A stretch of DNA of 48,443 nt from Candidatus Berkelbacteria bacterium CG10_big_fil_rev_8_21_14_0_10_43_13 (GTDB taxonomy: Bacteria > Patescibacteriota > UBA1384 > XYA2-FULL-43-10 > 1-14-0-10-43-13), in the NCBI GenBank assembly GCA_002773985.1, contig PEZW01000006.1:1-48443 (forward strand). Direction: 5' to 3'. Below are positions 1 through 8,588 of the stretch, in pieces (positions within the stretch are counted from its first letter, which is position 1; every line of letters starts with the position of its first letter). The notes below the pieces were generated by a model, which was not told the origin of the DNA, searched no databases, and saw only the letters and a program-made list of their open reading frames with translations. The position numbers and the translations under genes are program-made.

Positions 1-1
1 C

Positions 2-1246
2 TTCAATATTTCCGTTGGTGGCGGTACCCCATCTAGTCTGGCTGTTGTCCTCTTGATCGGTATTACAGCTGGTTTCTCAACCTGCATGGCTTTGGTTGGC
101 GGCTTGATCTTGGGAATTTCCGCCAAATTTGCCGAAAAACATCCCGAAGCCACATCTGTCCAGAAATTCCGCCCGCATTTATTTTTCAATCTCGGTCGTA
201 TCACCTCGTATTTTTTGCTTGGTGGCCTGATCGGTCTCGCCGGCACGGTTTTCCAGTTTTCCGGCGCTGTTCTCGGCATTCTAATTATTGCCGTCGGCAT
301 CGTCATGCTTGTCGTCGGTCTGCAGTTAACAGAATTGTTTCCAGTTATCAAAGGTATCAGCTTTTCGCTACCAGCCGGCATCAGTAAATTTTTTGGTATT
401 AAAAAACATCACCAAAAAGAATACAGCCACGCCAATTCGGCGCTGACCGGCGCCCTGACCTTCTTTCTGCCCTGTGGCTTCACTCAAGCGATGCAACTCT
501 ACGCCATGAGCACCGGTAGTTTCTGGCGAGGGGCCTTGATACTTGGTATTTTCGCCCTCGGCACCACGCCCGGACTTCTCGGTATCGGTGGTCTGACCTC
601 GGTCGTCAAAGGCGTTTTTGCCCGCCGCTTCTTTATGGGCGCCGGCTTCGTCGTCGTCGCCTTGGCGGTTTTCAATATTTCTAACGGCATGAATCTGTCC
701 GGCTTGACTTCAACACTGTCGAACTCAAATAACGAAGCACGAAGCACGACCGTTGCCGATCAAAATGTCAAATCTGTCGACGGCGTCCAGGTGATCAATA
801 TGACTCAGCTCTCCTCCGGTTATTCACCCAACACTTTCACCATTAAAGTCGGAATACCAGTCAAGTGGGTCGTCAATTCCGTCGATTCCAACAGTTGCGC
901 CGCCAGCCTCTACTCGCAAAAGCTCAATATCCGGAAATTTCTGCAGTTTGGTAAAAACACGATTGAATTCACTCCGACTGAGGTTGGTATTATTCCGTTT
1001 TCCTGCTCGATGGGAATGTACCGCGGCTCATTCAAGGTTGTCGCCGGCGAAGGCACCACCTCAATTAAAACCCCGTCCTCCGCCAAGGCTACGGACGGCG
1101 AGCCAAACACCCCAAGTTTCCCGAATACCCCGACAAAAACCGATCAGCAAGTCGGCACCCAGACATTCAGCGCGACCTATACCTTGAAAGGCGACATCAG
1201 CCCGGAGAGTTTTACCGTCAAGGCCAACCTGCCGGTCAAATTTTAA
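2..1246 (+). CDS. Polytopic membrane protein (DsbD_2 / TauE-SafE-like permease type) with C-terminal cupredoxin-like domain; 5' end runs off the window
   Basis: Frame is open from nt 2, so the ORF-track TTG at 53 is not a proven start. Multiple hydrophobic segments incl. FFLPCGFTQAMQLYA. Soluble tail FTIKVGIPVKWVVNSVDSNSCAASL...FSCSMGMYRGSFKVV looks like a small blue-copper fold. Lies directly upstream of copA. Confidence 0.7.
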   Translation, partial: FNISVGGGTPSSLAVVLLIGITAGFSTCMALVGGLILGISAKFAEKHPEATSVQKFRPHLFFNLGRITSYFLLGGLIGLAGTVFQFSGAVLGILIIAVGIVMLVVGLQLTELFPVIKGISFSLPAGISKFFGIKKHHQKEYSHANSALTGALTFFLPCGFTQAMQLYAMSTGSFWRGALILGIFALGTTPGLLGIGGLTSVVKGVFARRFFMGAGFVVVALAVFNISNGMNLSGLTSTLSNSNNEARSTTVADQNVKSVDGVQVINMTQLSSGYSPNTFTIKVGIPVKWVVNSVDSNSCAASLYSQKLNIRKFLQFGKNTIEFTPTEVGIIPFSCSMGMYRGSFKVVAGEGTTSIKTPSSAKATDGEPNTPSFPNTPTKTDQQVGTQTFSATYTLKGDISPESFTVKANLPVKF

Positions 1247-1426
1247 GTCAATCCAAAGGACGACGACCAAGGTTGTATGAGCTCGATCACTTTGCCGGGA
1301 CCAACAGACAATTATGAAATAATGCAGAAGGATACGCCGATCATTTTCAATTTCACTCCCAAGCCAGGCACCTACAAAATTACCTGCGCCATGGGCGTGC
1401 CACTAGGAACAATCATTGCAGAATAA
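1247..1426 (+). pseudogene. In-frame remainder of a second cupredoxin-like repeat, cut off by TAA 1244-1246
   Basis: Reading through the TAA gives FTVKANLPVKF*VNPKDDDQGCMSSITL...FNFTPKPGTYKITCAMGVPLGTIIAE. This is colinear with the first repeat FTIKVGIPVKWVVNSVDSNSCAASL...FTPTEVGIIPFSCSMGMYRG. Next stop is TAA 1424-1426. Confidence 0.55.
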
Positions 1427-1454
1427 TTAATTTGTCGTTCCCATTTCCTCATCT

Positions 1455-1532
1455 GTCGTTCCCGCGAAGGCGGGAATCTAGACAAGAAGGAATGGATCCC
1501 CGGGTCAGATCGATGTCTGCCCGAGGATGACA
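1455..1532. repeat. Family-1 palindromic repeat unit (two GC-rich hairpins)
   Basis: GTCGTTCCCGCGAAGGCGGGAATC hairpin followed by GGATCCCCGGG...CCCGAGGATGACA. The same modules recur at 16029, 18207, 25747, 30470, 32480, 33895 and 47337. Confidence 0.85.
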
Positions 1533-4238
1533 CAAAGGAGAACCATGAAACACAAGCTTTTTTTGAAAATATCAGGCATGCACTGCACTGCCTGTGAGAA
1601 GGTTTTGAAATCGGAGATGGATGATCTCCCGGGTATTTTTGAGGCGAATTTTGATTCGACCAAAAATACCGGTCAGATCACTTACGATACGGAGAAGGTG
1701 GATTCGGCCAAAATTATCGAAACGATCAAAAAACAGGATTATAAGGCCGAAATCATTGACGAAAAAATGCTTGATGATGGCGATGACCATTCTGATCATG
1801 GAGACGGCGGCTCAGAAGAGTTGATTATGCCGTCTGAGACTAAATCTAAAAATAAAAAAGAGGTGGGTGGCGAAGCCGATAAAAGAATTTCGCTCTCCAT
1901 CTCCGGCATGCACTGTGCTTCCTGCGCCGGCATCATCGAGAGATCGCTCAAAAAAGTACCTGGCATCACGCAGACCAATGTTAATTTTGGCACAGAAAAA
2001 GCTTCCATTCTCTTTGAGGAGAATGTCACGAGCGTTGAGTCAATGATCGAAGCGGTCAAAAATGCCGGCTACTCTGCGACACTCGTGAACGAAAAGGATA
2101 CCGAGTTCGAACGCCGCAAGAAAGAGAAGGAAATCAATGATCTTTGGAAAAAATTCCTTTTCGGTTTTATCTTCTCTCTCCCGATGCTCTATTTTATGTT
2201 TATGGATTTCTTCAAGTGGCTCCCGGGCGGAAATATCTTGCCGCCCTATTTTGGCCTTGTTTCTCTTCTCCTTGCCACTCCGGTTCAATTTATCATCGGC
2301 GCCGGTTTCTACAAGGGCGCTCTCTCAAGTTTGAAGATGAAAACCTTTGGTATGGATTCACTGATCGCCATCGGTACTTCAACTGCTTATTTTTATAGCT
2401 TGATTAATTACATTATTTTTGCGCTCAACAATCGCTCAATCATTGGCCTTGACGGGATGAAAATTCCCGATCTCTACTTTGAAACGGCCGCTTTTCTAAT
2501 TACCTTCGTTGTTCTCGGCAAATGGCTCGAAGCCAAAGCGAAAGGGCGGACTAGCGATGCTATCCGAAAATTGATGGGGCTGCAGCCCAAGACTGCCCGG
2601 GTCATCCGACAGGGCAAGACTGTCGATATCCCGATCGATGATGTCGCCCACGGCGATATTATCCTCGTCCGGCCGGGTGAAAAGATCCCTGTGGATGGCG
2701 TCATCACCAAGGGCTCGTCCGCTCTCGACGAGTCGATGGTTACCGGCGAGAGTTTGCCGGTTGAAAAAAAGGTTGGCGATACTGTCATCGGCGCGACTAT
2801 CAATAAGACCGGCAGTTTTGAGTTTGAGGCAACCAAAGTCGGCGCCGAGACGACATTGTCGCAAATTATCAAGCTGATCGAGGAGGCGCAGGGCTCGAAA
2901 GCACCGATCCAAGATTTTGCTGACCGCATCTCCGCTTGGTTCGTCCCGGCTGTCATTATAATCGCGATTATTACTTTAATTGTCTGGCTTCTGCTCGGCG
3001 CCGGTGTTTCGTTTTCACTGATGGCTTTCACCGCCGTCATTGTCATCGCCTGCCCCTGCGCTCTCGGACTGGCAACACCGACGGCTCTGATGGTCGGTAC
3101 CGGCAAGGGCGCCGAATATGGTGTTTTGATCAAAGGTGGCGAACCGCTTGAGATTGCCAAAGGGATCAAGACAATTATCTTCGACAAGACCGGTACACTG
3201 ACAAATGGCAAGCCGGCAGTGACGGAGATTGGAATACTGAATCATGAATCAAGAATCATGGAAAAAGACATCCTAAAAATCGCCGCCACATTAGAACGGA
3301 ATTCTGAGCACCCTCTAGCTGAGACGATTGTGAAAAGAGCTGAGAGCGAAAAGATAAAATTAAGAGATGCCACGGACTTCAAGGCCATTCCTGGCCACGG
3401 TGTCGAGGCAAAAGTCGACGGCAAAAAGTATTATTTTGGTAAGCCGAAATACATTGAGTCAGTCGTCAAAAAACCCATGATTCATGATTCGAAATTCATG
3501 ATTCGAAAACTTGAGGAGCAAGGCAAAACAGTTATGGTCTTATCCGACGACGCCGAAGCCATCGGAATAATAGCCGTTGCCGATACCGTCAAGGAAACTT
3601 CGAAAGAAGCTGTCCTAAAACTGCAAAATCTTGGGCTATACGTCTGGATGATAACAGGTGACAACGAGCGAACCGCCAGAGCCATCGCCAAGCAGGTTGG
3701 GATCACAAACGTGCTTGCTGAAGTGTTGCCGGAGGATAAGGCAAATGAGGTCAAAAAACTTCAAGACAAAGGAAACACCGTGGCTATGGTCGGTGATGGG
3801 ATCAATGACGCGCCAGCCCTGGCTCAAGCTGATCTCGGCATCGCCATGGGCTCCGGTACCGACGTGGCAATGGAATCCGGCGGCATCGTTATCGTCAAAA
3901 ATGACCTCCGCGATGTTGTCACAGCCATCAACTTGTCCAAAGAAACTTTCGGGAAAATTCGCCAAAACATGTTCTTTGCCCTCTTTTACAATATCATCGG
4001 CATCCCGATAGCGGCTCGGGTCTTCTTTGGCTTTGGCTTGGTCTTGAAGCCGGAGCTGGCCGGCTTGGCCATGGCACTTTCATCAATTTCTGTTGTCACT
4101 AATTCTCTTCTTTTGCGCCGCTTCCGGCCAAATCACAAAAATTGGCTCTCAACTATAGCACCAATTGCAATGGTTTTCGTTTTTACCCTGCTTTTCATCG
4201 AATTTGCTAAAATCAGTAGCAGTATGGCAACTAAATAA
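1527..4238 (+). CDS. copA: Copper-translocating P1B-type ATPase
   Basis: Two N-terminal HMA domains (GMHCTAC, GMHCASC), TGES, CPC motif [29 protein letters not shown] 1527 lies inside the repeat. ATG 1545 (MKHKLF) follows AAGGAG 1535-1540 and is the likelier start. Confidence 0.96.
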   Translation: MTQRRTMKHKLFLKISGMHCTACEKVLKSEMDDLPGIFEANFDSTKNTGQITYDTEKVDSAKIIETIKKQDYKAEIIDEKMLDDGDDHSDHGDGGSEELIMPSETKSKNKKEVGGEADKRISLSISGMHCASCAGIIERSLKKVPGITQTNVNFGTEKASILFEENVTSVESMIEAVKNAGYSATLVNEKDTEFERRKKEKEINDLWKKFLFGFIFSLPMLYFMFMDFFKWLPGGNILPPYFGLVSLLLATPVQFIIGAGFYKGALSSLKMKTFGMDSLIAIGTSTAYFYSLINYIIFALNNRSIIGLDGMKIPDLYFETAAFLITFVVLGKWLEAKAKGRTSDAIRKLMGLQPKTARVIRQGKTVDIPIDDVAHGDIILVRPGEKIPVDGVITKGSSALDESMVTGESLPVEKKVGDTVIGATINKTGSFEFEATKVGAETTLSQIIKLIEEAQGSKAPIQDFADRISAWFVPAVIIIAIITLIVWLLLGAGVSFSLMAFTAVIVIACPCALGLATPTALMVGTGKGAEYGVLIKGGEPLEIAKGIKTIIFDKTGTLTNGKPAVTEIGILNHESRIMEKDILKIAATLERNSEHPLAETIVKRAESEKIKLRDATDFKAIPGHGVEAKVDGKKYYFGKPKYIESVVKKPMIHDSKFMIRKLEEQGKTVMVLSDDAEAIGIIAVADTVKETSKEAVLKLQNLGLYVWMITGDNERTARAIAKQVGITNVLAEVLPEDKANEVKKLQDKGNTVAMVGDGINDAPALAQADLGIAMGSGTDVAMESGGIVIVKNDLRDVVTAINLSKETFGKIRQNMFFALFYNIIGIPIAARVFFGFGLVLKPELAGLAMALSSISVVTNSLLLRRFRPNHKNWLSTIAPIAMVFVFTLLFIEFAKISSSMATK

Positions 4239-4253
4239 TTAGAAAGGCAATGT

Positions 4254-4781
4254 ATGACAAAGTACAAAGGCTTCTTCCTGGTCATCGTCATTATGATAGT
4301 TATTCTTGTTGTCAAATCGATTAACTCTAATGATGTCGCGGGCAAGCCAGATAATTCACCACAGCAAAACGCTGCTGACTCGAATTCCGGCACAGCTAAT
4401 TACTCTGCGCCTGCCAGCACAAAAGTGACGGTGACGATGATTAAAACCTGCGGTTGTTGCCGGCTTTATTCTCAATATCTTTCTAAGAAAGGTTTTCAAG
4501 TTGAGGATATTTTTGTTGACAACATCGACACGGTCAAAGTTGAATACAAGATTCCTGAAGACCAGCGAAGCTGTCACACAACAATTGTTGGCAATTACAT
4601 TGTCGAGGGACACATTCCGGTCGCGGCGATCAATAAAATGCTGGCCGAGAAGCCAACTATTCGTGGTATCACCATGGCCGGCATGCCCTCCGGCTCACCG
4701 GGAATGCCCGGCGACAAAGATCCTTTCGATATCTATAAACTGACCGATAGCGGTAAGGGTGATCTATTTATGTCGCTTTAA
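4254..4781 (+). CDS. DUF411-type periplasmic metal-binding protein (copper-resistance CopG family, not the RHH CopG)
   Basis: N-terminal TM anchor, then CGCC, SCHT, GHIP and GMPSGSPGMPG motifs typical of DUF411. Immediately downstream of copA. Confidence 0.8.
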   Translation: MTKYKGFFLVIVIMIVILVVKSINSNDVAGKPDNSPQQNAADSNSGTANYSAPASTKVTVTMIKTCGCCRLYSQYLSKKGFQVEDIFVDNIDTVKVEYKIPEDQRSCHTTIVGNYIVEGHIPVAAINKMLAEKPTIRGITMAGMPSGSPGMPGDKDPFDIYKLTDSGKGDLFMSL

Positions 4782-4793
4782 TAATCTTGGACG

Positions 4794-5339
4794 ATGATGA
4801 GAAAAATTTTTAACAGACTCCTACTTGGGATTTTTTCAAGCCAGCTTTTCCTCGTCAGGGAAGCTTCCGCCCATTGTCCCCTCTGCACGATCGGCGCCGG
4901 AGCGGTAGCTGTCGGCGCGTCTTTTCTCGGAGTGAAGGATATCGTTAGCGGAATTTTTATCGGTGCTTTCGCCGCCGCGCTCGGCCTGTGGAGTGCCAAA
5001 TTAATCAAGAAGCGATTTATCAGGTTTCAAAACGAGATCATCGCGGTGGCGATTTTCTTTTTAACGGTTCTGCCTGTTTCTCAAATTGTCAGAAGCTATC
5101 TCCCCCTCTATATTGATTGGGGCGGAGCGTATGGTTCGATTTTTAATCGGACTTACATTTTCAACGCCCTGCTCGTCGGCAGTCTCGTCGGCGCGCTCAT
5201 CATGCTAATTTCCCCTCGGCTCAGTCAAAAACTCAAAGCCAAGAGCGGCCGCTCGTTTCCATTTCAAACCATGACGATAATATTTTTGTTATTAATTGTC
5301 GCCGGCATAATTTTGCAATTAACTGCAACATCGTATTAA
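4794..5339 (+). CDS. Integral membrane protein with HCPLC motif after a signal/anchor segment, function unknown
   Basis: 181-aa ORF with several hydrophobic helices. CxxC (HCPLCT) lies just after the first hydrophobic stretch. Same strand and tight spacing with the copper cluster. Confidence 0.6.
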   Translation: MMRKIFNRLLLGIFSSQLFLVREASAHCPLCTIGAGAVAVGASFLGVKDIVSGIFIGAFAAALGLWSAKLIKKRFIRFQNEIIAVAIFFLTVLPVSQIVRSYLPLYIDWGGAYGSIFNRTYIFNALLVGSLVGALIMLISPRLSQKLKAKSGRSFPFQTMTIIFLLLIVAGIILQLTATSY

Positions 5340-5365
5340 ATGAATACAAGAACAATATTTCTGAT

Positions 5366-5506
5366 ATGTGGCTTAGTTCTTATCCTCCTGCTGCTGCTTA
5401 TCACCAGGCCGTTTTTGCCCTGGCTATTTATCCTGGTCTGGCCATGGCTCCCTCCTCCGTTTCGGTCGTTTCAAATTCACTGTTGCTAAGAAAAACAAAA
5501 TTATAA
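5366..5506 (+). pseudogene. Relic of the C-terminal ~45 residues of a second heavy-metal P-type ATPase
   Basis: Frame gives ...AVFALAIYPGLAMAPSSVSVVSNSLLLRKTKL*, matching the copA C-terminus in this window ([24 protein letters not shown]). No upstream ATPase body is present. Confidence 0.5.
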
Positions 5507-5527
5507 AAAAATTAGAAAGGAGTTACA

Positions 5528-5662
5528 ATGATGGATTGGGGTTATATGGCCGGCGGAGGAAGTGGCACAATGATGTTCTTCGCCTGGATTATCTACATCT
5601 TGGTTATCTTGCTTTTAGTTTTTGGCCTGATGGCACTTTGGAAATATATCAATAGGAAATAA
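5528..5662 (+). CDS. 44-aa single-pass membrane peptide
   Basis: ATG preceded by AAAGGAG at ~8 nt. Sequence MMDWGYMAGGGSGTMMFFAWIIYILVILLLVFGLMALWKYINRK has a Gly-rich head plus one TM. Below the ORF-track length cutoff. Confidence 0.5.
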   Translation: MMDWGYMAGGGSGTMMFFAWIIYILVILLLVFGLMALWKYINRK

Positions 5663-5767
5663 ACCGACCACAGAAGTTGACAGAATGTTTAAATGCGGGT
5701 ATCTTTTACTCTCCACTATTTTTTCTGTAAAAGAGACGTTAGGTGCATATACAATTTTAAAATAATA

Positions 5768-5973
5768 ACCAGTGTTGCGTAATTGTCATCCTGAACCGAT
5801 GTTGTCCTGAAGGTGAAGGATCTGATAGACCTGTCCTGCCGGCCGGCCGTAGCCATTCGACTTGCGCGCATGGTCTGAGTGTAATTGAAGACTTTAACGA
5901 AGGCTGGAGCGAAGTCGAACGGATTCTTCGTTACCTCAGAATGACACTTCAATACGAATTGCGCAACAGTGGT
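5768..5973. mobile_element. ~206-bp MITE-like element, copy 1 (terminal inverted repeats ACCAGTGTTGCG.../...GCGCAACAGTGGT)
   Basis: About 90% identical by eye to the reverse complement of 22925-23129. Composed of internal hairpin modules (GTCATCCTGA...GAAGGATC, GTCATTCTGAGG...). The ORF-track peptides 5716..5994 and 22907..23131 are translations of the repeat. Confidence 0.85.
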
Positions 5974-5996
5974 AATAATAAAATAAAAATTCATTT

Positions 5997-6191
5997 ATGA
6001 AATATACAGCAAAAACACTGCTCAAGGATATCTACAAGAAAAAGGATGGCGAGAAGATCCTTGGCGACAACGGCGTCCCCTGCGTTTCCTGCCCAATGGC
6101 GGCGATGGAGTTGGATAAGCTCGAAATCGGCCAGATCTGCGATATCTACGGTCTCGACCTCGAAAAAGTTCTAAAGGATCTAAATAAATAG
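5997..6191 (+). CDS. DUF1858-type small protein (hybrid-cluster-associated redox disulfide domain)
   Basis: 64 aa with the PCVSCPMA ... LEIGQICDIYGLD pattern characteristic of DUF1858. Confidence 0.7.
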   Translation: MKYTAKTLLKDIYKKKDGEKILGDNGVPCVSCPMAAMELDKLEIGQICDIYGLDLEKVLKDLNK

Positions 6192-6282
6192 ACCTGGAAA
6201 ATCCTGATTTTTCAATCAATCTAGCCTTTGATCGATACGCAAATTGGCTTTTTTGAGAAAAATATCCTAGAATATTGGCAAC

Positions 6283-7596
6283 ATGACCAAGTATGACATT
6301 GTTATCGCCGGAGCCGGTCCGGCCGGACTGGCACTTGCTGCTGATCTCAGTAGACATTTTAAGGTGGTTGTTCTCGAAAAGGGAAAGGCGGGCGCGACGA
6401 TGTGCTCCTGGTACACCTTTGAGGATAGGGTTCGCACCAACAGCCTCGAAGACGCCGTCGTCGCCAGACCAAAGAATCTGATCTTCTACATGGATAAGGA
6501 TTCTTTTTTTGAATATAAGGACGATCACGTTGTTGTCGATCCAAATAAAGTTCTGGAGATTTTCAAGGATAGAGCGGAGCAAAACGGTTGTAAGATTAAA
6601 AACGGTGTCGAGGTCTCTGACTTTCGCTACACTCACGGTGGAGTAATTGTCCAGACAAATAAAGGAAATTACAAGAGTCGCCTGCTCATAGACTGCATGG
6701 GGACGATCTCACCAATCGTCGTCAAAAGGAAGCTGCAACGCAACTTTTGTGTTTGGGCTGAGTACGGCGCCAAGATGAAAATAAAATTTCCCAAGCTCGA
6801 CCAGATCGGCTTCATCAAGATGCCCAAAACTTACCAACCGGTCGACGATAAGGCCAACTACATGTTCGGAGTCTACCCTCACAACGATCATGAAGGCGAC
6901 CTCTTCCTTTTTGGTTATTATAAGAAGCTGGTCAAGCCGGAGATACTCAAGGAGATGTTTGAAAAGTCGTCGAAGGACCTCTACCCCGGTGAAAAAATCT
7001 CGACGATTAAGGGGCTGATCTACAGCGGTGAATTAAGAAAATATGCTCTAAAAAGAGTCCTCTTCTTCGGCAATTCTGGTGCCTCAACCCCGCCGGTGAT
7101 CGGCATGGGATTCAACGAAGTTCTGCGCAAACATACAATAGTTGCCAAAAGAGTCAGAGAGGCCCTCGAGTCCGATAATCTTTCCCGGCGAGCTCTCGAG
7201 GATATCCTACTCGAGCACCGGACCAGCCCACAATACGCCTTTCTAAAAGTCTGTCAGCGCTACTTCTACTACGGCAACACCGACAAAGAGTGGCGTCGAG
7301 GTGTCCAGGTGTTAAATAAGGCCGGAGCGGATTTTACCAGTCATTGGATGAGAGGCGAACTAAATCTGAGACTGATGAAGCGAGCCCTTGATGCGCTGTT
7401 TGAAGTGGTGGGACTAAAAAAATTGATGAAGTTGCTACCGCTTCGAGAATATATTTCGCTTGTCAAATATACCTCTTCGATCGTCGGAGGCTCGATCTGG
7501 ACCCGCGCTCGAATGTATTTTTTGCATCAGTACAAGGAGAAAGCCGATAAACTACACCTCGAGGCCGAACGTGAACGAGAGATGAATCTGGATTAG
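6283..7596 (+). CDS. FAD-dependent oxidoreductase (geranylgeranyl-reductase / lycopene-cyclase-like)
   Basis: N-terminal dinucleotide fold DIVIAGAGPAGLALA...VVVLEKG. 437 aa. Confidence 0.8.
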   Translation: MTKYDIVIAGAGPAGLALAADLSRHFKVVVLEKGKAGATMCSWYTFEDRVRTNSLEDAVVARPKNLIFYMDKDSFFEYKDDHVVVDPNKVLEIFKDRAEQNGCKIKNGVEVSDFRYTHGGVIVQTNKGNYKSRLLIDCMGTISPIVVKRKLQRNFCVWAEYGAKMKIKFPKLDQIGFIKMPKTYQPVDDKANYMFGVYPHNDHEGDLFLFGYYKKLVKPEILKEMFEKSSKDLYPGEKISTIKGLIYSGELRKYALKRVLFFGNSGASTPPVIGMGFNEVLRKHTIVAKRVREALESDNLSRRALEDILLEHRTSPQYAFLKVCQRYFYYGNTDKEWRRGVQVLNKAGADFTSHWMRGELNLRLMKRALDALFEVVGLKKLMKLLPLREYISLVKYTSSIVGGSIWTRARMYFLHQYKEKADKLHLEAEREREMNLD

Positions 7597-7602
7597 TGAT
7601 TA

Positions 7603-7631
7603 TTGACAAGATCTCGATGATACGCTAAAAT
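7603..7631 (+). promoter_or_regulatory. Near-consensus sigma70-type promoter TTGACA-17-TAAAAT
   Basis: TTGACA 7603-7608, 17-nt spacer, TAAAAT 7626-7631. Lies directly after the oxidoreductase stop. Confidence 0.5.
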
Positions 7632-7731
7632 ACTTTTTGTAATGACAACAAATCGCCAAAAATCATTTGATTATTTTACTTCGCATTTTCCGCGGTGATT
7701 TTTTGAGTGATATTTAATAAAAAAAAATAAC

Positions 7732-7753
7732 GCCGCGGACACGCGGTATTTTT
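7732..7753 (+). terminator. Short hairpin plus T-run in the leader (possible attenuator or sRNA end)
   Basis: GCCGCG-GACA-CGCGGT followed by ATTTTT. An upstream CCGCGG (7691) could pair alternatively. Confidence 0.35.
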
Positions 7754-7780
7754 CATTGTCCGATTTTTATTTTCAAATTA

Positions 7781-8215
7781 TTGAAAGTAATATCGGGTGA
7801 TCAACCCGAGTACCCACACAACCCGTTTACGGGAAGCAATTCTGACCATAGATGGAGTAAACGTCCGATGCTAGAACTAACCCCAGATGAGGTAATCGCA
7901 CTGGGTGCGAAGATCGCGTCTGGCTCCGGTATTCCAAACGGACTTCCGACAGCGTGCTACAGCGGCTCGATGCCTGCCCAAATTCGATCAGTATTGGCAC
8001 TGATCATCTGCAGTCGTCAAGACGACGCAGTCAGAGAGCAGCAGGTCAGCACCGTTGGCTATCTCAAGCGAAACGACCAGCAGCGCTACCACGCAGCAGC
8101 ACGCTACATCTGTGACGTCGTCGAGCTGCTCGACATTACCAAGCTGCAGACCTGCCTCGAACTGTTCAATGATGTGCCGAACCTTGTTCCGCAAACGACG
8201 GACGCAGCCGAATGA
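7781..8215 (+). CDS. GC-rich orphan protein (island A, ORF 1)
   Basis: Open frame with G/C-rich third positions in a visibly GC-rich block. The TTG 7781 start is uncertain; ATG 7868 (MLELTPDEV) has GGAG 10 nt upstream. No recognisable motif. Confidence 0.5.
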   Translation: MKVISGDQPEYPHNPFTGSNSDHRWSKRPMLELTPDEVIALGAKIASGSGIPNGLPTACYSGSMPAQIRSVLALIICSRQDDAVREQQVSTVGYLKRNDQQRYHAAARYICDVVELLDITKLQTCLELFNDVPNLVPQTTDAAE

Positions 8216-8445
8216 TGGAGAACGTCATGGTCGCCGAACCGAACGTGCCCGAACGCAAGCCAAGCCCTGGTTGCTACTGCGGGGGTTCGTGTATTCCGCC
8301 CCCCGCCATCAAGATTGTCGTCGGTGTACCGGCCGAAGAACCGAAGCCGGAAAACGACGATCCGACCTCCGTGGCGCCGACCTCAAGCTGGCGCCCGACC
8401 GAACACATTCCGGGGAGCCAAAGATGGTTTCCTGCTGGGCGCTGA
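8212..8445 (+). CDS. GC-rich orphan Cys/Pro-rich 77-aa protein (island A, ORF 2)
   Basis: ATGA start/stop overlap with ORF 1. G/C-ending codons. Contains CYCGGSC and a Pro-rich tail. Confidence 0.45.
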   Translation: MMENVMVAEPNVPERKPSPGCYCGGSCIPPPAIKIVVGVPAEEPKPENDDPTSVAPTSSWRPTEHIPGSQRWFPAGR

Positions 8446-8474
8446 CACCGTTCTGCGCCTCTACCCCCCGACCG

Positions 8475-8509
8475 CCCCCGCATCTTCCCAACAGGGAAGG
8501 TGACGGGGG
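8475..8509 (+). terminator. GC-rich nested hairpin closing island A
   Basis: CCCCCG..CTTCCC-AACA-GGGAAG..CGGGGG followed by TCCCACCAAAAAATAA. No U-run, so the terminator function is uncertain. Confidence 0.35.
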
Positions 8510-8588
8510 TCCCACCAAAAAATAATAAACAAATATTTTCTTCTACTTATTACTTACCAGCTTACTAGCTTATTGGCTTACCAGCTTA

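Noticed and set aside
2474-3211. 245-aa ORF antisense to copA, plus several other 60-140-aa ORFs within 1572-4393
   Set aside because: They lie entirely inside or antisense to a motif-rich P-type ATPase frame, and have low-complexity Ser/Pro/Ala-rich translations.
6022-6636. 204-aa minus-strand ORF spanning the DUF1858 gene and the start of the oxidoreductase
   Set aside because: It overlaps two well-supported plus-strand genes. It has an Arg-rich tail typical of antisense translation and no SD.
8055-8525. 156-aa Arg/Pro-rich ORF, and the ORFs at 8274-8518, in alternative frames of island A
   Set aside because: High-GC DNA keeps several frames open. These frames have A/T-poor first and second positions and Arg-rich composition, and lack an SD. 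The chosen frames show G/C-ending codons and ATGA coupling.
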